A stretch of 64,000 nt of DNA from Felis catus (GCF_018350175.1 NC_058368.1:148244001-148308000); one strand, 5' to 3'; positions 39,340 to 53,111 are shown, counted from the stretch's first letter. Numbers and translations: made by a program. The notes: generated from the letters alone by a model not told the origin.

Positions 39340-39965
39340 TTCTTTTCCTTCAATACAGAAAGAGAAAAAAAATCATTTTATTTTCAATTTTTATTAAAAA
39401 TAATTTTATTTTTTTACTATATTTTTTACTTTTGTGTAATTTTTTTCAAATTCTATCTTACTTCCATCATTGTATTTTAGTCTACTTCAGTGTACTCACC
39501 TTTTCAAATTTTCAAATGATTTCCTTGTTTTTTTTCTTTTTACTTTTTGTGTCTTTTCTTTTTCTTGAATTCAGAATGTGAAAAATTTCATTTTTACTTT
39601 CAATTTCTATTAAAAATATTTTTCTTTAAGTTTTTACTATATTTTTTGCTTTTATGTAATTTTTTTCGAATTCTATTTTACTTATATCATTTTATTTTAG
39701 TCCACTACAGTGTATTCATTTTTTCAAATATAAATGATTTCTTTTTTTTTCTTTTTTCTCCTTTTTGTTTATTTACTTTTTCTTGAATACAGAAAGAGAA
39801 AAAAATTATTTTTATTTTTAACTTTTATTAAAAATATTTTTCTTTAATTTTTTTCCTACTATGTTCTTTATTTTGTGGAAAATTTTTCAAATTCTATTTT
39901 ACTCCCATCATCTAATTTTAGTCTACTTCAGTGTATTAATTTTTTCAAATTTTCAAACAATTTCC
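39340..39965 (+). repeat. About three tandem copies of a ~217-bp T-rich unit within the L1 5'UTR
   Basis: Unit TTTTCTTGAATACAGAA..TATTAAAAATATTTTT..AATTCTATTTTACT..TTTAGTCTACTTCAGTGTA..TTTTCAAA recurs at about 39343, 39560 and 39778. Confidence 0.85.
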
Positions 39966-40127
39966 TCCCCCCCCCTTTTTTTTCTCTAATCTGTCAAACC
40001 ACTTTCACCACCCAGACCAAACACACGTAGGATCTAGCATCATTTATTTGATTTTGTGTGTTTAATTTTAATATATTTTTTTAATTTTAATTTTTATGCC
40101 TGATTAATTCCTTTTCTCCCTTCAAAA

Positions 40128-41002
40128 TTAAAAAACGAAGGAATTCACCCCAAAAGAAAGAGCACGAAGAAACAAAAGCCAGGGATTTAACCAACACAGA
40201 TACAAGCAAGATGTCTGAACCAGAACTTAGAATCATAATAAAAGAATACTAGCTGGACTTGAAAATAGATTAGAATCCCTTTCTGTAGAGATAAAGGAAG
40301 TAAAAAATAGAATGAAATTAAAAATGGTATAACTGAGTTGAAACCACAGATGGATGCAGCGGCAACAAGGATGAATGAGGCAGAACAGAGAATCAGCATA
40401 TAGAGGACAAATTTATGGAGAATAATGAAGAAGGAAAAAAGAGGGAGATTAATGAAAAAGAGCATGATTTAGGAATTAAGAAATCAGTGATCCATTAAAA
40501 AGAAACAACATCAGAATCATAGGGGTCCCAGAAGAGGAAGAGGGAGAAATAGGGGTAGAAAGGTTATATGAGCAAATCATAGTAGAAAACTTTCATAACC
40601 TGGGGAAAGACACAGCCATTCAAAATCCAGGAAGCACAGAGGACCCCCATTAGATTCAACAAAAGCCGACCATCAACAAGGCATATCATAGTCAAATTCA
40701 CAAAATACTCAGGCAAGGAGAGAATCACAAAAGCAGCATGGGAAAAAAAGTCCCTAACCTCCAAGTGAAGACAGATCAGGTTTGCTGCAGACCTATCCAC
40801 AGAAACATGGCAGGCCAGAAAAGAGTGGCAGGGTATATCCAATGTGCTGAATCAGAAAAATATGCAGCCAAGGATTCTTTATCCAGCAAGGCTGTCATTC
40901 AAAATAGAAGGGGAGATAAAAAGTTTCCCAGACAGACAAAAATTAAAGGAGTTTGTGACCACTAAACCATCCTTGCAAGAAATTTTAAGGGGGATTCTCT
41001 GA
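40128..41002 (+). pseudogene. L1 ORF1p remnant (start codon mutated, frameshifts)
   Basis: Encodes RRNSPQKKEHEE.. NNIRIIGVPEEE.. MQPRILYPARLSFKIEGEIKSF.. KPSLQEILRGIL* across several frames. Confidence 0.88.
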
Positions 41003-41026
41003 GGGGAGAAAAGATGCAAATAGACA

Positions 41027-41070
<44 letters not shown>

Positions 41071-41137
41071 AAAAGCAAGAGAGATTAGAAAGGAAATAGA
41101 GAATACCACCAGAAACTCCAACTCTACAAGAATCATA

Positions 41138-43512
41138 ATGGCAATAAATTCATATCTTCCAGTACTCACTCTAAACGTCAATGGCCTCAATGCTCCAATC
41201 AAAAGACATAGGGTAACAGAATGGATAAGAAAACAAGATCCATCTATATGCTTTTTACAAGACACCCACTTTAGACCTAAAGACACCTTCAGATTGAAAA
41301 TAAGGGGATGGAGAACCATCTATCATGCTAATGGTTAACAAAAGAAAGCCAGCATAGCCATACTTATATCAGATAATCTAGACATTTAAAAAAATACTGT
41401 ATCAAGAGATGTAGAAGGTCATTATACCATAATGAAGGGGTCTATGCACCAAGAAAACTTAACAGTTGTAAACATTTATGTGCCAAATGTGGCAACACCG
41501 AAATATATAAATCAATTGATTACAAATATAAAGAAACTCATCAATAGTAGTACAAAAATAGTAGGAGACTTCAACACCCCAGTCACAACAATGGACAGAT
41601 CATCTAATCAAAAAATCAACAAGGAAACAATGGCTTTGAGTGACACACTGGACCAGATGGGCTTAACAAGTATATTCACATTTCATCCTAAAGCAGTGGA
41701 ATATACATTCTTCTCCAGTGCACATGGAATATTCTCCAGAATAGATCATATACTGGGACACAAATCAGCCCTAAGTAAGTACAAAAAGATTGAGATCATA
41801 CCGCACCTATTTTCAGACCACAACGCTATGAAACTTGAAATCAAACAGGAGAAAAAATTTCGAAACGTAACAAATACTTGGAGACTGAATAACATCCTAC
41901 TAAATAATAAATGGGCTAACCAAGCAGTTAAAGAAGAAATTAAAAATTATATGGAAGTCAATGAAAATGATAACACCACAACCAAAACCTCTGGGATGCA
42001 GCAAAGGCAGTCATAAGAGGAAAGGATATAGGGATCCAGCTTTCCTAAAGAAGCAAGAAAGATCTCAGATACACAACCTAACCTTATGCCTTAAGGAGCT
42101 GGAAAAAGAACAGCAAATAAAACCCAAAACCAGGAGAAGACAGGAAATAATAAAGATTAGGGCAGAAATTAATAATATCGAAACCAAAAAATACAGAACA
42201 GACCAATGAAACAAGAACCTGGTTCTTTGAAAGAATTAATAAAATTGATAAATCACTAGCCAGTTTGATCAAAAAGAAAAAGGAAAGGACCCAAATAAAT
42301 AAAATCAAGAATGAAAGAGGAGAGATCACAACCAACACAGCAGAAATAAAAACAATAATAAGAAAATATTATGAGGAATTACAATTATATGCCAATAAAA
42401 TGGGCAATCTGGAAGAAATGGATAATTTCCTAGAAACATATATACTAACAAAACTGAAACAGTAAGAAATAGAAAATTTGAACAGACTCATAATCAGTAA
42501 GGAAATCAAATTAGTAATGAAAAATATGCCAAAAAACAAGAGTCCAGGGCCAGATGGCTTTCCAGGGGAATTCTACCAAACATTTAAGGAAGAGTTAACA
42601 CCTATTCTCTTGAAGCTGTTCCCAAACATAGAAATGGAAGGAAAACTTACAAACTCTTTCTATGAAGCCAGCATTACCTCGATTCCAAAACCAGACAGAG
42701 ACCCCACTAAAAAGGAGCACTATAGACCAATTTCCCTGAAAAACATGGATGCAAAATTCCTCAACAAGATATTAGCCAACCAGATCCAACAACATATCAA
42801 AAAATTATTCACCACGACCAAGTGGGATTTACACCTGGGATGCAGGGCTGGTTCAATATCTGCAAAACAATTAACGTGATTCATCACATCAATAAAAGAA
42901 AGGACAAGAACCATATGATCCTCTCAATAGATGCAGAGAAAGCTTTTGTCAAAATACAACATCCTTTCTTGATAAAAACCCTTAAGAAAGTAGGGATAGA
43001 AGGAGCATAACTCGAGATCATAAAGCCATATATGAACGACCCAAGGCTAATATCATCCTCAATGGGGAAAAACTGAGAGTTTTCCCCCTAAGGTCAAGAA
43101 CAGGACAGGGATGTCTACTCTCATCACTGTTATTCAACATAGTAATGGAAGTCTTATTCTCTGCAATAAGACAACACAAAGAAATAAAAAGCATCTGAAC
43201 TGGCCAGGAGGTGGTCAAACTTTCACTCTTCACAGATGACATGATATTCTATATGGAAAACCCAGAAGATTCCACCAAAAAACTGCTAGAATTGATTCAT
43301 GAATCAGCAAAGTTGCAGGATATAAAATCAACACACAGAAATCGGTTGCATTCCTATATACCAACAATGAAGGGACAGAAAGAGAAATCAAGGAATCGAT
43401 TCCATTTACAGTTGCACAAAAAACCATAAAATACCTAGGAATAAATCAAACCAAAGAGATGAAAAATCTATACACTGAAAACTATAGACAGCTTATGAAA
43501 GAAATTGAAGAA

Positions 43513-43561
<49 letters not shown>

Positions 43562-44841
43562 CGGAAAAAGATTCCATGTTCCTGGATAGGAAGAACAAAT
43601 ATTGTTAAAATGTCGAAACTACCCAAAGCAATCTAGATATTCAATGCAATCCCTTTCAAAATAACACCAGCATTCTTCACAGAGCTAGAACAAATAATCC
43701 TAAAATTTGTATGGAACCAGAAAAGACCCCAAATAGCCAAAGCAATCTTGAAAAAGAAAACCAAAGCAGGAGACATCACAATCCTGGACTTCAAGCTATA
43801 CTACAAAGCTGTAATTATCAAGACAGTATGGTACTGGCACAAAAACAGACACTCAGATCAATGGAACAGGATAGAAACCCCAGAAATGGACTCACAAATG
43901 TATGGCTAACTGATCTTTGACAAAGCAGGAAACAACATCCAATGGAGTAAAGACAGTCTCTTCAGCGAGTGGTGCTGGGAAAACTGGACAGCGACGGGCA
44001 GAAGAATGAACCTGGACCACTTTCTTACACCATACACAAAAAATAAACTCAAACTGAATGAAAGACCTAAAGGTAAGACATGACGCCATCAAAATCCTTG
44101 AGGAGAAAGCAGGCAAAAACCTCTTTGATCTTGGCCACATCAGCTTCTTACTCAACTTGTCTCCAGAGGCAAGGGAAACAAACAAACAAAAAATGAACTA
44201 TTGGTACCTCATCAGAATAAAAAGCTTCTGCACAGCAAAGGAAACAATCAACAAAACTAAAAGGCAACTAACAGAATGGGAGAAGATGTTTACAAACGAC
44301 ATATCAGATAAAGGGTTGGTATCCACAATCTATAAAGAACTTATTAAACTCAACACACAAAAAACAAATAATCCTGTGAAGAAATGGGGAAAAGACATGA
44401 ATAGACACTTCTCCAAGGAAGACATCCAGATGGCCAACCGACACATAAAAAAATGCTCAACATCACTCATCATCAGGGAAATACAAATCAAAACCACAAT
44501 GAGATACCACATTACACTTGTCAGAATGGCTAACATTAACAACTCAGGCAACAACAGATGTTGGCAAGGATACGGAGAAAAAGGATCTCTTTTGCATTGT
44601 TGGTGGCAATGCAAGCTGGTGCAGCCACTCTGGAAAACAGTATGGAGATTCCTCAAAAAACTAAAATTAGAACTACCTTACAACCCAGAAATTACTCTAC
44701 TAGGCGTTTATCCAAGGGATACAAGTGTGCTGTTTCAAAGGGACACATGCAGCCCCATGTTTATAGCAGCACTATCAACAATAGCCAAAGTATGGAAAAA
44801 GCCCAAATGTCCATCGATGGATGAATGGATAAAGAAGATGT

Positions 44842-44931
<90 letters not shown>

Positions 44932-45040
44932 AGAGTATTGCTCGGCGATCAAAAAGAATGAAATCTTGCCTTTTGCAACTACATGGATGGAACTGGAGGG
45001 GATTATGCTAAGTGAAATTAATCAGTCAGAGAAAGACACA
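41138..45040 (+). pseudogene. L1 ORF2p remnant (endonuclease and reverse transcriptase), disrupted
   Basis: [56 protein letters not shown] motifs spread over many frames. Confidence 0.93.
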
Positions 45041-46222
45041 AATCATATGACTTCACTCATATGAGGACTTAAAGAGACAAAACAGATGAACATAAGGGAA
45101 GGGAAACAAAAAAAATATAAAAACAGGGAGGGGGACAAAACAGAAGAAACACATAAATATGGAGAACAAACTGAGGGTTACAGGAAAGGTAGTGGGTGGA
45201 TGGGCTAAACTGGTATGGGGCAATAAGGAATCTACTCCTGAAATCAATGTTGCACTATTTGCTAACTAACTTTGATGTACATTTTTAAAAAATAAAAAGT
45301 AAAACAAGTTAATTAAAAAATGTTGAAGCTCAAAATTTGAATATTAAATAATATTTAAGGAAAATACATCTCAGGAAATTTTATAGGCACTATGTATATA
45401 TGCCATTGTAAATAATAAAAAAATTAGCAGAGATATACTATGAAAGCAACAATCTCATTTCCTTAATTTTAGAAAAATGTTTACTTCTTTTGAGTATGGA
45501 ATTCTAAATATGAATCACTAAATCATCTAATTTGTATCTTGGCTAAGTATTTAGATGATTAATCAAATAAAAAAAAGTATCTATGAGCAAAAATTATTTT
45601 TTACAACCTCTACTGCTCACCAGATTTTTTAATTTTGTATTTATGTAATTTTTGAAAGAAATCTCAGACAATTTATCAAATAATTTTTACCAGTTCTTTT
45701 TGTGTATTTTAAAAGGAACTGTCGTTAGATCATTTTTTCCCCAAATAAAATGTGTAATTTCCTTTAACTTGCGGAGCCAGAACCAATTGTGAAAAATATT
45801 CCACATTGTGAGATCGACCTGATTTGTTTCAGTTGCATACCACTTTAAATGATTTATTTTTAAATCCCTGGGCATCCGATTTTGTAAACACCCAAGTGTG
45901 TTGTCCCCACAGTCATGCTATGTTGTCCTCCTCCATATAGTCCCTATATTCTATTAACTTCACTTTCATTCTAAATGATTTATAGGAATCAGGAAAATAA
46001 ATCACTTTGAGATCTATCACTTAAATTCATTTTCCCAGTGTCAAATAAGTGAGAAGTGATAGAATCTAAGCATTTAACTTCTAGTCACTAATAAATTTAG
46101 AAATATGAATACATGGATATGTACATGTGCTCTTGTGTAGGTACCTCAAGAATCTAGAATTCTGTAACACTATGGGAAATTATATAGGGACAACTGTTTA
46201 TTCACTGTTAGCTCCTGTTTAT

Positions 46223-46431
46223 TTAATTTTTTAAAAATGTTTATTTATTGAGAGAGAGAGACAGACTATGAGTGGGGAAGGGGCAGAAAGACAGGGAGAC
46301 ACAGAATCAAAGCAGGCTCCAGGCTCTGAGCTGTCAATACAGAGTCTAACACAGGGCCTGAACCCATGAACCCCAAGATCATAACCTGAGTTGAAGTTGG
46401 ACACTCAACTGACTGAACCACCCACATGCCC
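46223..46431 (-). mobile_element. CAN-SINE
   Basis: TSD CTCCTGTTTAT at 46212 and 46432; SINEC body. Confidence 0.95.
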
Positions 46432-46551
46432 CTCCTGTTTATCTATTTAAGATTATGTATAGTAATGAAGTGAAAGGCAGATGTTTGGTATTTACAATTC
46501 TCCCCCTGCTCCATGATGAAGAATAAATATTTTTTTAACTTCTATACAAAG

Positions 46552-46982
46552 GTACTAGTTAGCTGAGGTTACTCTAAGAAAGTACCATAGATTGGGTGGC
46601 TTACATAGAAATATACTTCTCACAGTTCTGGAAGATGGAAGTCTGAGATCAGGGTGCCAGCATGGTTGAGTTCTGGTGAGACCTTTCTGGTTTTGCAGAA
46701 GGCTGCCTCCTAGCTGTATCAGAGGGAGGGAGAGAGTGAGAAGGGGAGAGAGAGAAGAATGGTAAACGGAGAGGAAAGAGGGAAGGGAGAGGGAGAAGGA
46801 GGGGAAGGAGGAAAAGAGGGAAAGAAACAAGGACTCTGGTGTGTCTTCTTATGAAAGCACTAATCTCCTGATGAGGGACCCACCCTCATAAGTTTATCTA
46901 AATCAAATTACCTCCCAAAGGTCCCACCTCAATACACTAGAGCTTCAACATATGAATTTGTGGGGACACAACTCGGTCCACA
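46552..46982 (-). mobile_element. MLT1A-like MaLR solo LTR
   Basis: AAAGTACCATAGATTGGGTGGCTTA..TCTCACAGTTCTGGAAG..GTCTGAGATCAGGGTGCCAGCATGGTT..ATATGAATTTGTGGGGACACAA. Confidence 0.88.
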
Positions 46983-48329
46983 AGATCCCTCTATTAAATG
47001 CAGCTTTATTCAATGTCTCTCTGTTTTGCTTACACACATCTAATCTTATGAAGCAAGTTATAAATCCTAACTCAATTTTATGCACATTTATTAATTACTT
47101 GTTTGATTCAATCAGACCTAAAGAACTTAGTGCAATTCCACCACTCAGTGGAAAATAAAGACTCTCACCTCATGGGGAGAAGCTATCCAGGATTTTGCCT
47201 TCATGGCAATGTCTGCATCTGCTCTTGCCTCTCAACACCCAACAATTAGATATTCCAAAATCACCTGGACTCTGCCTTGGCCTTCACACTCAATTCAACC
47301 AATTCAGCTTATACCAAGATAAGTGGATGACTAACAAATTAATTGCTTCAATAATTTTTATGCTCTTCTTCTATTCTTTAAACAGGAGATTTTCTTTTTC
47401 TTAATTTGTTTTTTAATTTGCAAGTCCTACTCTAATTCTATGACTGGATTCAAAAGCATTACTGTTGGGAACTTTTAATTGTAGAATGCTCTACTAATAT
47501 TTTGCCTTTCCTATGTGGATAACTATCGTGGAACTTTTTATGACTTTTGGTTACCTTAATTTCCCCCTTCCTTTCCATTCTTCATTTAGATTTGCCCATA
47601 ATTATATAAGAACTTTCACAATCATCGTCCTTAGTTTCTCAAATTAATCAGTCCTTGCCACTTCTGTTTTCTGATAAATGTTTTTATCTTGAAGCATAGT
47701 TTTCCTTGATTCTTCATCCTGTCCTTCCCCAATGAGTGTCTAGAACATAAGTCTGTCAGTTTTTCTCACTTCCTCTAGGTTACACATCCAAAGGTCTTCC
47801 AAGAAATTTTTAAGCAGCTTTCCAATTTACAATAGAGATAGGAAATATTTGATTCAGCGGAGTCAAACAAATATTATAACTTTCTTATATAGGTAGCTAA
47901 TTGTGATGAAACAAAAGCCAATACTCATATAAATATATGTGCTGGATTAAGTTTATTTTAGGGTTTATTTAATTCAAATAGGCTCTAGATATCCAGACTT
48001 GTTCCTTTTATTGATTTTCCAAAAAATATTTTTATTGAGTTGATCCTTAAGTGAATTGTTTTACTCATTCAATCATCCATTATACTATTTTTTTCTTGAC
48101 TATTGTGACTGTGTCTTCAGAGTCTGATACTGTGCTGATATGTAATGTTGCACATATATTTTTTCTTGTCTTTAAGCAGGTGTTAGTCTTGTACAGAAGA
48201 TAGAAAAATAAACACTAGAGTAGAGTGCAATGCATTACCAATTATACTGTTTCAAGTATGAATGGGGTGATTTGGGAGACTACAAAAAACAGGAAGATTA
48301 TTTTATTTATAACTTAAAAAAAAAGGAGG

Positions 48330-48524
48330 ATCCCATCACCTATTTAACCCATCCTCTACCCCCTCCCCTCTGTTAATCATCATTTTGTTCTCTATATTTA
48401 AGAGTCTGTTTCTTGTTTTTCCCTCTATGTTCATTTGTTTCATTTCTTAAATTCCACATACAAGTGGAATCACATGGTATTTACTTTTGACTGACTTATT
48501 TCACTTATCATGATACTCTCTACC
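48330..48524 (-). mobile_element. Carnivore L1 3'UTR fragment
   Basis: CCCATCACCTATTT..TTTGTTCTCTATATTTAAGAGTCTGTTTC..ATTCCACATA..TGACTTATTTCACTTA. Confidence 0.85.
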
Positions 48525-48952
48525 TGAGATGGAGATTTTCTCAGGGATTGGATCACACAATTATGGAGACTGAAAAGTGCCAATATCTTCCATCTGTAAG
48601 CTAGAGACCCAGGGTGTCCAGTGGTATAATTTAGTCTAAGTCAGAAGGCCTGAGAACCAGGGGAGTTGATGGTTTAAATTCCATTCTGAGAGCTGAAGAA
48701 AATAAAAGATCCAATTCAAGCTGGCAGGAAGGAAACAAAAAGGAGCAAATTCTTTCTTTCTTTGCCATTTGTTCTATTTAGGGCTTCAACAGATTGGATG
48801 ATTCCCATCCACACTGGAGAGGACACTTTACTGAGTCCACCAATTCATATGCTGGTCTCTTCCAGAAACATCTTCACAGACACCACCCAGAAATAATGTT
48901 TAATCTGGGCAACTTGTGGCCAGTCAGGTTGACATATAAAATCAATTTATCA
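48525..48952 (-). mobile_element. MLT2 (ERVL) LTR, partial
   Basis: CACACAATTATGGAGACTGA..TACTGAGTCCACCAATTCA..CCAGTCAGGTTGACATATAAAAT. Confidence 0.85.
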
Positions 48953-48957
48953 AAAAC

Positions 48958-49362
48958 ATCAGCAATGAAGAAGAATAAAATCTTGCCATTTGAAACAATG
49001 TGGATGGAACTAGACGGTATTATGCTAAGTGAAATAAGTCAGTTAGAGAAAGGCAGAAATATGATGTTACCCATATGTGGAACGTGAAAACCACAACATA
49101 TGAATATAGGGGAAGAGAAAGAAAAATAAAAAACAGAGAGAGAGGCAAACCATAAGGGACTCTTAAATGCAGAGAATAAACTGAGAGTTGCTGGAAGGGT
49201 AGTGGGAGGGGGGAGGGACTAAATGGGTGATGGACATTAAGGAGGGCAATCGTTGGGATGAGAACTGGGTGTTACCTGTAAGAGATGAATCACTGGGATC
49301 TAGTCCTGAAGCCAAGATTACACTGTATGGTAACTAACTTGAAACTAAATTAAAAAAAAAAA
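48958..49362 (+). mobile_element. 5'-truncated carnivore L1 3' end
   Basis: KNKILPFETMWMELDGIMLSEISQ; 3'UTR ..GTAACTAACTTGAAACTAAATT plus poly-A. Confidence 0.92.
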
Positions 49363-49369
49363 TCATCAT

Positions 49370-50290
49370 CTAATTAGGAAGGTATGAGAGATCAAACTCT
49401 GATATACTGCTGATGTGAATGCTAAATTAAACAATGCCTATGAGAGAAACTTAAAAATACCTAGAAAGATTGTATATTGATGTATTTCTCTTTTGAAAAA
49501 TCCCACCACTCAGAATCTGTCAGAAAATACATTTGCAAAATGTGAAATAAAATATGACCAAGAATATCCATTATAGTATTTACAGAAATTTCAAAAGCTT
49601 AAAACTAACCCACATTCATTGATATAGGCCTGAATGAATAACTATAATAGCACATCTACTGAATGGGATATGCCATGAAGTGGAAAGAAAAATCCTTTAT
49701 ATCTGCCATGTAATAAATTTCAGGATTTTGTTTTATATTAATAAAAAGTAGGGTGAAGAAGAATATATGCATAGTATTCTACCATTTGGCTTTTCCTTTA
49801 CTTTTACTTTACCTTTCTACCTTTACTTTTTTAAACTAAAGGTAGAACATTTATATACAAATAAGTACATATATGTTCATTTGCTTTCATTTGTGACAGG
49901 AAACATTGACAGTGGGGGAGAAAAGGCTGATAATACAGAATAGGTGGATATGGTAATACAGAACAGAGATGAAAGAGAGTTGTCTGAAAGTATCTCATTA
50001 TATATTTAGATTTTAAAACATAGTTCCAAAAGATATATTCAAAGAGTAAAATTAAAAAAGAAGCACTGGCTAAAATTTATAAACAAACCAAAACAAATAA
50101 ACCTAATTCTTATCAGTTTTAGGACATATCCAATTTGAATATAATTATTTCAAGTGATTTTAGAACCTAGTATTTTGTATACACATTAGTATTTAGAAGA
50201 TACTTTTCAGAAAGAAAAAAAAAACTGAGAAGAAATCTTAGATTTGATGCAGTAGTCTAATTGTTAATTAGTGTTGGTATTATTTTGTTA
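49370..50290 (+). mobile_element. Ancient L1 (L1MD/L1ME-like) fragments
   Basis: ATACTGCTGATGTGAATGCTAAATT..AATCCCAC..TGAATAACTATAATAG degenerate ORF2 end and 3'UTR. Confidence 0.5.
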
Positions 50291-50789
50291 AAATGAACTT
50301 CAATGTCCATGCATAACTGAGTAATTCAGCATATGGAAATTTTCAAGCTGCAAACTTAGTTAAAATAAGGAATATTTAAATATAAAATAAGCTTAATTTA
50401 TACTTAAATTTGGTGGCTTTTATTTTGAATATTTTCCTCTTTGTATTTTTATGCTATTAGAATATACACTGTAAAATGCATTTCTATTTCTTTATATTCA
50501 GATATGAAAAGTAACTGTTATTTTAATATATTAAAAGACTGAATAATCTAAAACTTTAGATACATGAAGTACTCAGAAAACTAAACTGTGTAATACCTTG
50601 TTTTACAAATAAAAATAACAAAACTTCACATTAACATATATTTACATAATTTGATTGTATATCATTACTAATATATAACTTAGACACATAAAACATACTT
50701 TCAAAATGTAAACAATTTTGCATTTTTATTATTCAGAGTGTGTATGTGTATAAACTAGTTCATAATAACACTGTGTGGTGATGCAAAGT

Positions 50790-50838
50790 ATGTGTGTGTT
50801 GTGTGTGTGTGTGTGTGTGTGTGTGTGTCTGTGTCTGT
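50790..50838. repeat. (TG)n microsatellite
   Basis: Direct run. Confidence 0.95.
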
Positions 50839-51679
50839 GCACATGCATGCATGCATGTATGTCCTTATGAACAGAAAGGATCATTTTATTTTAATCTCTC
50901 AATGTTAATTTTGATTTTTCCAAACCTGAATTCTTTGACAGTTTTCTCTTGTTAAATGTGACTTTTTTTCTTTGCTCTAATGTCCTGGCTGTCCTCTGTG
51001 GTGATGTAATTCTCTTAGCATTGACAGAAAGCCCCCAAAAATCTTGGTGGAAAGGAAATGCTTTCAGTGATATATAACACTGTAAAATTCAACAACTTGT
51101 ACTATTGCTCATATGTCTGACATAGTCTGATCAATGGCATGGAAAAATTGGATACCATCATAGATATGTATTTTCTGACAATTACTTTCTCTTTCCAAAT
51201 GCAATTTTTTTCTTTATAATTTTCTTTAAATCTTTAAATTATGATTAAACAGAATTACTTAGAATTGGTCATATGTGTAACTGCTATTTTGAATTTGATA
51301 AATTTTTAAATGTATAATTACATTAAAAACTTTTGATAGCCTGCTGTAGATAAATTATGAACTTTACAATATCTCTTAAGTTTTCCTTTTCTTTATTTTA
51401 CCAATAAAAATGCATATATTTTAAAAAATCATGGAAAATATATACTTTGTAAACTAAAATTCAAAAGGTCCCCTGACCTATCCCTTAACTCTGTTCCATA
51501 GAGGGACTTGCTGATACTATTTTTAGACATGTATTCTGTTATCTACAATAAATAGCATGTATAGTCTATCATTACTGGATAACTCAATTTTAGAATTTAC
51601 CAATTTATTTTCTATTAATTAGATGGGATTTAGCCATCTTAAACTCCTGTTGTCTTACTCCCATTAAAACCATCTTAAA

Positions 51680-51689
51680 TATCTATTTG

Positions 51690-51722
<33 letters not shown>

Positions 51723-51730
51723 TATCTATC
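51680..51730. repeat. (TCTA)n tetranucleotide microsatellite
   Basis: Direct run. Confidence 0.9.
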
Positions 51731-51804
51731 TCATTAAATGTATGTTATAAAATGAGATTACATTTTAACAAGATTATCCCTCCATTTGGAAATATATGCA
51801 TTCT

Positions 51805-52010
51805 TAAAATTTTTTAAAAATGTTTATCTTTGAGAGAGAGAAAAAGAGAGAGCATGGGCAGGGGAGGGCAGAAAGAGGGAGACACAGAATCCAAAGCAGG
51901 ATCCAGGCTCTGAGCTGTCTGCACAGAGCCTGATGTGGGGCTTGAACTCACAAACCATGAGATCATGACCTGAGTTGAAGTTGGACACTTAACCAATTGA
52001 ACTACCCAGG
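51805..52010 (-). mobile_element. CAN-SINE
   Basis: GACACAGAATCCAAAGCAGGATCCAGGCTCTGAGCTGTC..GAGATCATGACCTGAGTTGAAGTTGGACACTTAACC. Confidence 0.93.
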
Positions 52011-53111
52011 AAATCTGGTAATGTTTTAAAAGTTACATGTATTTTATATAAGTTATAGTAAACATAAAATATAATAAAACTATTTCATATGATTCTCAAA
52101 GACTTTTGAAATATAGCTTTCTACTCATCATTTAGCTTAACTACATAATTCTCTTTAAAGCAACTGGCCATTTGTCAGAAGGGAAGATGGCAGTGTAGGA
52201 GGATGCTGGGCTCACCTCCTCCTGCTGATCACTTAGATTCCACCCACATCTGCCTAAATAACCCATAAAACCACCAGAAGGCTAGCAGAATGGACTCTAA
52301 GGTCCAAGCATAGACAAGAGGCCCATGGAAGAGGGTAGGAAGGGCGGAGAGACAGTATGTGCTACATGGACCGGCAGGAGGGAGCTGGAGCAATGGAGGG
52401 GCAGCCTGCCAGGCAAGGCAGAGCTCCCAAAGTCTGGCTTGCAAAAGCAGAGGGTCCAGACTCCATGAGTTCTGACAGCCAGTGGGACTTAACATCTGGA
52501 ATGTTAAAAGTGAACAGCTCTGCTCTTGGATAGTGGGGAGGGCCAGAGGACACTGGGAAGGAGAGTTGTTGAGCCCCAGAAGACAGAGCTCAGATTGGTG
52601 GGGAACAAAGTTGCTGGCAATCGCCATCTCCCTCTCCCATCCCCCAGCCGAAATCCCAAAGGGAACAAGTTCCCATCACTGAACTTGCTTGCACCCTGCA
52701 AACGCCCAATGCTGTGCTTCTGTGGATCCATCCCTCCAATGGGTCTGCCTCCCTCCCAGTACTGCAGGGCCCCTCTTGCAGGGGACCACTGACAGCAAAG
52801 TGAGCTAAGACTGCCCCTCCTTCCCCTGTGCACCTTGCTGATCCATTCCGGCTAATACACCAGATCCCATCAAAGCAGCACCACAAGCCTGTTAATGTGC
52901 AAGTAGCCCAGACAAGGGCCACACCACTCCACAGTGAGTCCTGCCCCTGGGAGAGGGGAAGATAAGGTACACACCAGTCTGACTGTGGCCCCAGTGGCGG
53001 GCTGGGGGCAGACATCAGGTCTGACTGCGGCCCCACCCACCAACACAGGTCACTCCAGACAGCACAGGGGAAGTGCCCTGTAGTTTGGAGCCACACCAGG
53101 GACTGCCGAAA

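Larger units (their letters stand above)
38024..45320 (+). mobile_element. Full-length LINE-1 (about 7.3 kb), long-5'UTR lineage, inactive
   Basis: Starts GGAGGAGCCAAGATGGC; ~2.1-kb 5'UTR; ORF1 and ORF2 remnants; A-tail; TSD TGTTGAAACT (38014) / TGTTGAAGCT (45321). Confidence 0.97.

Noticed and set aside
39340..39965. CRISPR-like or satellite array
   Set aside because: Mammalian DNA; the units are long, degenerate, lack unique spacers and lie inside an L1 5'UTR.
48330..49362. Composite element with inverted L1 ends flanking an MLT2
   Set aside because: The two L1 3' ends are different subfamilies with no shared TSD; independent insertions explain it.
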